Part shown: piece after piece, positions 42,373-49,134 of the stretch
Layout: each line of letters begins with the position of its first letter
How positions within the stretch are numbered: the stretch's first letter is position 1
Source of the DNA: Spirochaetota bacterium
GTDB lineage: Bacteria; Spirochaetota; UBA4802; JAFGDQ01
Direction: 5' to 3'
Length of the DNA: 49,134 nucleotides
NCBI GenBank assembly: GCA_043803405.1
Contig: JAZDKB010000032.1
Coordinates: 1-49,134 of the forward strand
The notes under the pieces: model-generated
Seen by the model: the letters and a program-made list of their open reading frames with translations, nothing else
Databases searched by the model: none
What the model was told of the DNA's origin: nothing
Position numbers and translations under genes: made by a program

Positions 42373-42630
42373 CTACAACCACTTAGTTTTTTTTTCTTCC
42401 TCAGCGTCATCTTGTTTCAGGATTTTATCCATCTGCCTGAGACCAGTTAATAAATTATACAAACTTGCTCCCATGCCCAAAATAGCGCCTACAGCAACAA
42501 ACAACGGACTTGTTTCAAAATAAACATCTATCTTATAACCACCGTAAACAAAAAGCACCATAAAAACTGCTATCTGGATGCCAAGCGTTGTATACGCGGC
42601 TATTGTTTTTCCTGTGTTCTTATTAGTCAA
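42373..42630 (-). CDS. AtpZ/AtpI family protein
   Basis: LGIQIA...GGYKID.YFETSP.F..VG..LG; first gene of the atp operon; start uncertain (TTG 42630). Confidence 0.8.
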   Translation of the reverse strand: MTNKNTGKTIAAYTTLGIQIAVFMVLFVYGGYKIDVYFETSPLFVAVGAILGMGASLYNLLTGLRQMDKILKQDDAEEEKKTKWL

Positions 42631-43010
42631 ATTATACTTTAATATTAAATAATCAAAACAGTCTAAAAGCTGCACTCAATTATTTACTATCGAAAACAAT
42701 AATTAAAAAGTATTAGAATATTGTCAATAAAAAATACTATAAAAAATAAAATTTTTAAAAAAAATCAAAAATTTTCATTTGTTAAACTATCTTTTACCGG
42801 TAACTGATTTCATAAAAGTCAATAAAATTTTACTTTAAAATATTTGTAAAAATTTAGAGGAGCAAAAAGAATATAAATTTATCCTGTGAGATCAATAAAA
42901 TCATTAAGCTATTCCGAGCTTCGTTAAACAACAGTTTCTTTCTGATTTCTGAAATAAAAAATATTTTTTTTCAGGTGAAGCCAGCCGGGCTTTTTTATTG
43001 CTATAAATGT

Positions 43011-43037
43011 TAAGCGGTTTCGAACGAAAGCCGACAA
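43011..43037 (+). promoter_or_regulatory. Putative sigma-28 (FliA/WhiG) promoter
   Basis: TAAG-N15-GCCGACAA versus consensus TAAA-N15-GCCGATAA, 38 bp upstream of ATG 43076. Confidence 0.6.
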
Positions 43038-43075
43038 TAATAGAGAATCATTTATAGAACGCCGGGGAAGATATC

Positions 43076-43321
43076 ATGAAATTATCTGCCGAAGTTATCA
43101 AATCGGAAAAAGAATTTATTGCCAGGTGTCCCGAATTAGACATTAACTGTTATGGTACAGATAAAAACGAAGCTATAAGAAGATTAAAAAATGTGATACA
43201 GTTTTACATCAACTCGGCAAAAGAATTAGGCCTTCAAATTGACGGATTCATTGCGCTCTCCATAAACGGAGAAGCGTATGAAACATCAATTGATGCCGAA
43301 CAATCGCGAGTCGTTAATTAA
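43076..43321 (+). CDS. HicB-like small protein (orphan)
   Basis: FIARCPELDINCYGTDKNEA..RL..VIQFY, HicB N-terminal fold pattern; no adjacent hicA. Confidence 0.7.
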   Translation: MKLSAEVIKSEKEFIARCPELDINCYGTDKNEAIRRLKNVIQFYINSAKELGLQIDGFIALSINGEAYETSIDAEQSRVVN

Positions 43322-43400
43322 GGAACTCTGCATCTTTAAAATATTTATCGAAGATAAAAAATACGCGTATAACTGAAACTCGTAAACAGAACATCAATAC

Positions 43401-44804
43401 TTATTTTCCGCCTTCCAATTGCGACTCATCAAGTTTAAAAGCGTATTCCTGCAATACCTGGGCAGTCCAGTTTTTCTTTTTTTCCGTTCTCTTAGTAGTA
43501 ATTAAATTCCTTTCTATTCTTTCTTTCACTGCATTAAACGGCTCAGGCTGTTTTACTCTTTTATTCCCTGCATTAACCATTTTAAAATATTTATTTTCTT
43601 TATTTTTGTCGTATTCTTCTTTAATTTCATTGTAGGTTACTTTTTCTTCTGCTGAAAAAAGTTTATTTGAATATTCGCGTGCCAGAATGCTCTCGGATTT
43701 AACCTGCATTTCTTTAATATAGTCGGGATCTTTATCAATTCCTTTTTTTACTGCCTCACGCTTAAGGATTTCGCTCTGAAAGAACATCTTTGCCATACTT
43801 TTTCTCTGGTCATCGCTTAAATTGATTTTTTGTTTATTTATCTGATCTGGCCTGTTTTGTCTTATTTCAATACGCTTTGTCAGATCACCCGCTGTATAAT
43901 TTTTATCGCCGATTTTAAATAATACTTCTGTTTTAATTCTGCTCAATGCTTTATTGTCGAAAAATTTTACATCGGTTGCAGTCATTAATTTATCAATATA
44001 TTCTTTGGAATAATTTCTTAAAAGATTATTTTTTATTCCCATGGCCTGTCCCTTGTTTTCTATTATTTTTTCAATATTTTTTTCTGTTAATTCTTCGGTA
44101 TCTTCAACTTTAATTATGTAAATACCCCTCGGTGTCTTTACCGGTTCTTTTGTATATTCTCCCTTCTTTAAGGAAAAAGCGGCATCTGAAAATTCCTGAG
44201 GCATCATACTGCGCACAATAAATCCTATTTCGCCTCCTTTCTTCTTTGAAAAGTCATCTGAAAATTGCTTTGCCAGCTCTTCGAAGCTTTCTCCTTTATT
44301 CAGTTTTACTATTATCTCTTTGGCTTTGGCTACAGTTTCTGCAGTTCTTTTTTCCAGTTCCTGTTTGCTTAAATTAATTCTTTTATTTTTTTGTTTCGGG
44401 TCTATCTCAAAATCTTTAACACGCAGCATTATTTGCCTTACTTTAATAGCCGGTTCTTTAAAATGGGCTTTATCTTTTATTTCTTTATCATATAGTCTTT
44501 TTAGTAATACACTTTCGGTGTTAAGATCTTTTTTAATAAGAAACTCTTCATTTTTATCGTAACCTTCGGCTTTTGCTTTTGCAATGCTTATAAGTTCAAC
44601 GGCCATGTCTTCAACCTTTGCTTTTTGTCTGCTTTTGCTTTTAAGCAGGGAATCCTTCGGCAAATGCCTGGCTTCCAGCCATTTATAAAAATCACCCCGT
44701 GTAACAGAGCCTCCTTTATATGTAGCAAGAACGTCACTGTCCATTTTGCAGCCAAACAGACTTGCGATTATTACTATTAAACAAACGGCAGATATTTTTT
44801 TCAT
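43401..44804 (-). CDS. Parvulin-type peptidyl-prolyl isomerase lipoprotein (PrsA/SurA-like)
   Basis: Lipobox LFGC; GESFEELAKQFSDD.SKKKGGEIG, EFSDAAFSL, PVKTPRG.YIIK. Confidence 0.88.
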   Translation of the reverse strand: MKKISAVCLIVIIASLFGCKMDSDVLATYKGGSVTRGDFYKWLEARHLPKDSLLKSKSRQKAKVEDMAVELISIAKAKAEGYDKNEEFLIKKDLNTESVLLKRLYDKEIKDKAHFKEPAIKVRQIMLRVKDFEIDPKQKNKRINLSKQELEKRTAETVAKAKEIIVKLNKGESFEELAKQFSDDFSKKKGGEIGFIVRSMMPQEFSDAAFSLKKGEYTKEPVKTPRGIYIIKVEDTEELTEKNIEKIIENKGQAMGIKNNLLRNYSKEYIDKLMTATDVKFFDNKALSRIKTEVLFKIGDKNYTAGDLTKRIEIRQNRPDQINKQKINLSDDQRKSMAKMFFQSEILKREAVKKGIDKDPDYIKEMQVKSESILAREYSNKLFSAEEKVTYNEIKEEYDKNKENKYFKMVNAGNKRVKQPEPFNAVKERIERNLITTKRTEKKKNWTAQVLQEYAFKLDESQLEGGK

Positions 44805-44837
44805 ATTTGTCTCCTTTTAAAAATTTAAATATATATA

Positions 44838-44865
44838 TTGACAAAATCCATGTCGCACATAGTAT
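44838..44865 (+). promoter_or_regulatory. Putative sigma-70 promoter for the TPR gene
   Basis: TTGACA-N16-TAGTAT; an opposing TTGACA lies on the minus strand at 44938-44943. Confidence 0.45.
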
Positions 44866-45012
44866 GAATTTTAAATTAAATCTCAGCAAAAAGTCGGATA
44901 TCAATCCGGCGCACATATATAATTTAAATTTAATATATGTCAATAATTATTCATATTTTTTTAAACAATCGGGCCACATGCTTATCTCTTTTGTTTTAAC
45001 GGGTCAAAATTC

Positions 45013-45558
45013 ATGAGCGACAAAAAAAAATATTTAAACAGACTAACCAGCATTCTTACTATTGAAGAGCTATATAAATATAAAAAGAATAAAGACAACT
45101 TAATCGATATCGGCTATAAATATTTAGAGTTGGAAGAATTTAAAAAAGCGTTTAAGATTTTCAGCATGGTGATCCGGTTGAACGGCATTGATCCGGATAG
45201 TCTTAACGGGCTCGGCGTCGCGCTTTGCGAACTGGGCAAACTGAAATCCTCAAAGCTCGTTCTTGAAAAGACTGTGGAAATTTATCCTAACGATGCGATT
45301 ACATTAGCAAATATTGCCGGGGTTTACTGGGAAGAAGGGGATGTCGATAAATCAATTTATTATTACAGCAGGTCCCTTGACTGCGACAAATCCATAATTG
45401 AAACACATTTTAATCTGATTAATTTATTTTATGAATTAGGGCATCTGTTTAGCGCTTATGCCGGCTGCCTGGAACTTTTAAAGCTGGAACCCAATAACGA
45501 TCAGGCTAAAGAAATTAGAGACGATCTATTACTTGATATGGCTATGTTTGTTTATTAA
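45013..45558 (+). CDS. Tetratricopeptide repeat protein
   Basis: Repeats such as SLNGLGVALCELGK, TLANIAGVYWEEGD, THFNLINLFYELG. Confidence 0.85.
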   Translation: MSDKKKYLNRLTSILTIEELYKYKKNKDNLIDIGYKYLELEEFKKAFKIFSMVIRLNGIDPDSLNGLGVALCELGKLKSSKLVLEKTVEIYPNDAITLANIAGVYWEEGDVDKSIYYYSRSLDCDKSIIETHFNLINLFYELGHLFSAYAGCLELLKLEPNNDQAKEIRDDLLLDMAMFVY

Positions 45559-45640
45559 GATATTCAATTTAACTGACTTTTTTATTATGCATACAGGATA
45601 AATGTCAGCCTTGATGAGTAAGATATTATTTATACAGTAT

Positions 45641-46126
45641 TCAGTTTTTTGAAGAAAGTTCTTCCATATCAAACTTCCAGGACCCGTTTTCTTTCACAAA
45701 CAATAACTCCACTCCGTTTTCCGTTCGAACTACTGCCTTGCCTTCTTTATTATCAACTCCCGCAAGTTTTTGTTTCAACGTATCCTTTAACGCGTCCTTT
45801 TCGTTGTTCACTTCGGTTGAAATCTGAATGGACAGGAAATCGATAACCGACAGATTTTTTAATTTGCCCGGCTCAACATTAAATTTTTTTCCGAGCGCTT
45901 TTAATTGAGATTCTTCCATAGAAGAAAACAATTTTATAATAGCAGCGATCTTTGCTTTGCTTTTTTCGGAGATAATTTTTTCAACAGCGCCTGCATCCGA
46001 TTTCGAATAAGCGTTCTTTAAAAAATCGAATGCTTCTTCCGGCGATTGCGGTCCCTCGGTTTTACAGGATACAAAAAAAACGGCCGATGCTGTTAAACAA
46101 ATTATAAATATCTTTAGTAAATACAT
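45641..46126 (-). CDS. Hypothetical lipoprotein (NTF2/lumazine-binding-like)
   Basis: Lipobox FVSC; SPEEA at the N-terminus, FVKENGSWK at the C-terminus. Confidence 0.7.
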   Translation of the reverse strand: MYLLKIFIICLTASAVFFVSCKTEGPQSPEEAFDFLKNAYSKSDAGAVEKIISEKSKAKIAAIIKLFSSMEESQLKALGKKFNVEPGKLKNLSVIDFLSIQISTEVNNEKDALKDTLKQKLAGVDNKEGKAVVRTENGVELLFVKENGSWKFDMEELSSKN

Positions 46127-46983
46127 TTAAATCCTTTATCCTTTTTTTCAATTATCATATTGTCTATAAGCCTTGTACTTCCGAAAAATGCTGCAACTGC
46201 TATTACCGATTTTTCTGCAATTATGTCAACCGGCTGAAGTGTATTATAAGAAGTTATCGAGATATAATCAATCTTGTCCGGTTTGCTTTCGTCTATGATC
46301 CGGCGCATTTCTTTTAGAATTGCTGTTGCGGCAGTTTCTTCTGATTTGATCATGCTTTCTGCTGCCCGCAGGCTTCTGTGGATCGCAAGCGCCCTGTTCC
46401 GCTGATCCGCAGAGAGATGCTTGTTGCGCGAGCTCATGGCAAGCCCTTCCTTTTCTCTCATTGTCGGTGCGATTATAATTCTGATCGGGAAGTTGAGATC
46501 GTACACCATTTTGTCGATGCTTACTGCCTGCTGAATGTCTTTTTGACCGAACACGGATACATCGGGCTGTATTATATTAAAGAGTTTGCTTACAACAGTG
46601 AACACGCCTCTGAAGTGTCCTTCGCGGGAAGCTCCGCAAAGATTATCCGTAAGCGTGAGCACGTCTACATAAGTAAGCCTTTCCCTGTACATTTCTTCGT
46701 CATTCGGAAGGAAAACAAGGTCGACTCCGGCCTTTTTTGCCAGCTTCAGATCGCGCTCTGTTTCGCGCGGATAATTCTCGTAATCCTTTTTGTCGTTAAA
46801 CTGTATTTTGTTCACGAATATGCTCATTACCTGAAAGTCGGAGTGCTTTCTGGATATTTCGACAAGCGAGAGATGGCCTTCGTGCAAATAGCCCATTGTG
46901 GGCACAAAGCCTATCCGCTTTCCGGCTTTCCTTTGTTTCGAAATAATCTTTCTTACTTCTTTTATTGTGCTTACAGTTTTCAT
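46114..46983 (-). CDS. panC: Pantoate--beta-alanine ligase
   Basis: FVPTMGYLHEGH, SIFVN, YPR, HFRGV.TVV.KLF, FGQKD.QQ, GLAMSSRN, RLIDN. Confidence 0.98.
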   Translation of the reverse strand: MKTVSTIKEVRKIISKQRKAGKRIGFVPTMGYLHEGHLSLVEISRKHSDFQVMSIFVNKIQFNDKKDYENYPRETERDLKLAKKAGVDLVFLPNDEEMYRERLTYVDVLTLTDNLCGASREGHFRGVFTVVSKLFNIIQPDVSVFGQKDIQQAVSIDKMVYDLNFPIRIIIAPTMREKEGLAMSSRNKHLSADQRNRALAIHRSLRAAESMIKSEETAATAILKEMRRIIDESKPDKIDYISITSYNTLQPVDIIAEKSVIAVAAFFGSTRLIDNMIIEKKDKGFKCIY

Positions 46984-47070
46984 ATATTTGCTCTTTAATT
47001 TGCTTAAGGATTCCTGCTATAACCTGTTGTATTATAGAAATCCGCAACCATAATAATCAAGGATTTTTTA

Positions 47071-47973
47071 CTATTCAGGGGGATTAAGGTCGTCGGGCGG
47101 GGTTGAGAAATGAATAAGGTACACAGCTGCGGATGAAAACACGCCTCCGATAATTGTAGTTAGTTCGGGAGTTTCGTGAAGAAATATCCAGCTGAGTATT
47201 ACCGCGCTTAACGGTACCAGAAAAGTAAAAACGCTTGCTTTGTGCGAGCCTATGTGTTTCGCAGCAAAAAAATATACCGAGGTCGCAAAAACAGTTGAGA
47301 CGAGGGACAGGTAAATCATAAGCATCCAGAAAGAAAATTCGGCTGGAAATATTTTACTATTAATTCCATGGGGCAAAGTAAAGAATGCCTGGAGCAATAC
47401 TGCGAAGCCGTTCAGGTAAAAGCTGTATGTCCAGATGGAAACTCGTGACTGTGTTTTTTGGCTGTTGATGGTTACTCCTGCCCACAGGACACCCCCTGCT
47501 ATAAAAAAAAGATTCCCGGAAGTAAAAAGCTTATCTATGCTTAGGCTCCAGATTTTAATAATGATAAGCGTTCCGATTAAGCCGATAATGAGGCCCGCAG
47601 CATCGCGTTTGCCGAGCCGTTTGCCTGTAAACGCAATCATGAAACCGAACGTGACAACAGGCACAAGCGAGGTTACGAGCACTCCGCCCAGGCCAGCGGT
47701 TCCGAGCGACAGCCCGAGAAAAAATGCCTGGCTATATAAAGTATAAAAAAGGCTGCCGGTAAAAATCTTTAATGCCGTAGTTTTGTCAATTAGCAGCCTT
47801 TCTCTGTTCATGAGAACAGGAGGCAGAAAAAACAGGAAAGTGAGCAGAAACCTGACGAATGCGAGCTGCTGAAAGTGCAGGTTATGCGAAATCGCTTTTG
47901 CGCATACCCATGACCCTCCCCAGATTGTCATTGCGATTATCATTAAAAAAAGAAATTTAAAATTTCGGTTCAT
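47071..47973 (-). CDS. DMT/EamA family transporter
   Basis: IWGGSW, about 10 TM helices, duplicated EamA pattern, LVP..AVILSWIFLHE. Confidence 0.9.
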   Translation of the reverse strand: MNRNFKFLFLMIIAMTIWGGSWVCAKAISHNLHFQQLAFVRFLLTFLFFLPPVLMNRERLLIDKTTALKIFTGSLFYTLYSQAFFLGLSLGTAGLGGVLVTSLVPVVTFGFMIAFTGKRLGKRDAAGLIIGLIGTLIIIKIWSLSIDKLFTSGNLFFIAGGVLWAGVTINSQKTQSRVSIWTYSFYLNGFAVLLQAFFTLPHGINSKIFPAEFSFWMLMIYLSLVSTVFATSVYFFAAKHIGSHKASVFTFLVPLSAVILSWIFLHETPELTTIIGGVFSSAAVYLIHFSTPPDDLNPPE

Positions 47974-48168
47974 GAAGTTATTATATATTCAGAATAAATG
48001 CCTGTCCCGGCAGCAATGTACTTTGAAATATTGACAATTAACAATATCTTTGGCTATTATCTTGCATACAACATTTTTATTTTAAGGCATAATAAACCGG
48101 TGTTCGTGTCGAGGATGAAAGACAATTCCTGTAGATAAAAAATTTTACACATTTTTTTAATTATTTGC

Positions 48169-48198
48169 TTGCAAAGTTTTCTTAATACCTGTTATCCT
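48169..48198 (+). promoter_or_regulatory. Putative sigma-70 promoter with extended -10 for the 159-aa gene
   Basis: TTGCAA-N18-TATCCT with TGn immediately before the -10. Confidence 0.4.
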
Positions 48199-48315
48199 GA
48201 CGGATTTTGCAAATTTACGTCCATATCCCGCGATACTTGCCAGAAGGCAATGTTCGTTTACCAATGCTGCCGCAAAATCAAAATATTATAATAAACAATT
48301 TAAGAGGTAAATTTT

Positions 48316-48795
48316 ATGGCACAGAAAAATATGGTGTCTGTAAGTTTTTCGGAAACAGATATAAGGGACATAAATAACGCAATTGCGGTTCTGAAAAACA
48401 CTCTTCTGCCGAAGCTTAAAGAGCTTAAGCCGGAAGAAAAAAAGAACTACCCGCTTATGGGAGACAAATCAATAGCATTTGTCCAGAAGGCCCTTGAATA
48501 TTGCGGCTATAATGAGGAGCTTACCCCGAAATTTTTTGATGCAGATGAATTCACCAGGGATTTCAAGGCAGTTGAAGTAATGCGCAATTTCCGGGCTCCT
48601 TTGACACAGATATCCAATATGCTTATGGATACCATGTGTCTTGCAGGCACCGATTCATTCTCTGCTGCCCTTATGTTTTACAATTCGGTTAAAATAGCGC
48701 GAAAAGCGAATATCCCGAAATCCCAGACTATTCACGACGAGCTTGCTAAAAGGTTCCCGGGTAAAGGAGGCGATCCGGATTCGGAAGAGAAGTAA
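48316..48795 (+). CDS. Conserved-type all-helical hypothetical protein (MGDKS..FV.KA motif)
   Basis: GAGG RBS; L.PEEKK.YP.MGDKSIAFVQKALEY, DT...AG.D....AL.FY..VK, EL..RF pattern, which I recognise from memory as a widespread uncharacterised family. Confidence 0.8.
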   Translation: MAQKNMVSVSFSETDIRDINNAIAVLKNTLLPKLKELKPEEKKNYPLMGDKSIAFVQKALEYCGYNEELTPKFFDADEFTRDFKAVEVMRNFRAPLTQISNMLMDTMCLAGTDSFSAALMFYNSVKIARKANIPKSQTIHDELAKRFPGKGGDPDSEEK

Positions 48796-48854
48796 AAAAA
48801 ATTTTCTGATGTATGATAATTCTCTCAAATATACCATAAAAAACTCCTAGTATA

Positions 48855-48895
48855 GAGCAGGAGCGCCGGCTTTAAACAGCCGGCGTTTCTGTTTT
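48855..48895 (+). terminator. Intrinsic terminator after the 159-aa gene
   Basis: CGCCGGCT-TTAAAC-AGCCGGCG followed by TTTCTGTTTT. Confidence 0.75.
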
Positions 48896-48994
48896 AAAAG
48901 GCCATGTTCCCTGATTATGCCTGAAAATTTCCATCCAGAACAGGAAAGTTGCTATTCCGAACTGCAAATTTCCCATACAGCCTCTCGACATTGG
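48895..48994. repeat. Start of a degenerate 21-bp-period array cut by IS256
   Basis: Units begin at 48895, 48916, 48937 (AGAAC AGGAAA GTTGC TATTC), 48958 (CGAAC TGCAAA TTTCC CATAC) and 48979 (partial). Confidence 0.55.
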
Positions 48995-49134
48995 GAGAGT
49001 GTAAAAAAGATTGTGTAAACAGCCATAGAATAAATAATTGAAGACAGAGGAGAAGAAAATGGCTGAAGGAAAAGAAATAGTAGAAGAACTGTTAAAGCAG
49101 ATAGATTTTAAGAATTTAACAGTAAATCAGATAA
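48995..49134 (+). mobile_element. IS256-family element, left end (IRL 48995-49022)
   Basis: GAGAGTGTAAAAAAGATTGTGTAAACAG, complementary to 112-139; transposase start follows. Confidence 0.88.
49059..49134 (+). CDS. IS256-family transposase, N-terminal fragment (truncated by window)
   Basis: GAGGAG RBS then MAEGKEIVEELLKQIDFKNLTVNQI..., inside the IRL. Confidence 0.8.
   Translation, partial: MAEGKEIVEELLKQIDFKNLTVNQI

Noticed and set aside
42880..43070. 6S RNA or other ncRNA gene
   Set aside because: No end-to-end pairing or central bubble that I can trace; the local hairpins are better explained by promoter, operator or terminator elements.
46378..46998. 206-aa antisense ORF, and similar shadow ORFs in cysE, the symporter, polA, ilvB and atp genes
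   Set aside because: Essentially contained opposite or out of frame to well-supported genes, with no independent motifs.
48987..48994. Window as a circular element closed by a single IS256
   Set aside because: Flanks GACATTGG and GAGGATGC are not a target duplication, the array phase does not join, and the content is chromosomal housekeeping.

Overview
AT-rich bacterial chromosomal segment, most likely from a spirochaete related to the Leptospirales (inferred from lipoprotein signal peptides, the atp operon and a 7TM-DISM/AraC regulator). It is bounded by two directly oriented IS256-family ends: transposase C-terminus plus right IR at 1-139, and left IR plus transposase N-terminus at 48995-49134. 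The interior is mostly housekeeping: cysE, polA, ilvBN/ilvC, def-fmt, trxB, recO, purB, a complete F1Fo atp operon and panC. It also holds a BrnT/BrnA-type TA pair, an ECF sigma/anti-sigma cassette, c-di-GMP genes (EAL, PAS-GGDEF, a stand-alone MshEN-like protein), a decayed TA-like remnant and several MITE/REP-like palindromes. The most unusual signal is non-coding. An array of about 18 units with a 21-bp period and palindromic architecture ARAAC-N6-GTTYT-N5 lies at 141-537. A shorter array of related architecture follows a 159-aa helical hypothetical gene and its terminator at 48895-48994. Each of these two arrays abuts an IS256 end. A third short ~21-bp-period array lies after recO. All family assignments come from motif recognition only; no searches were run.
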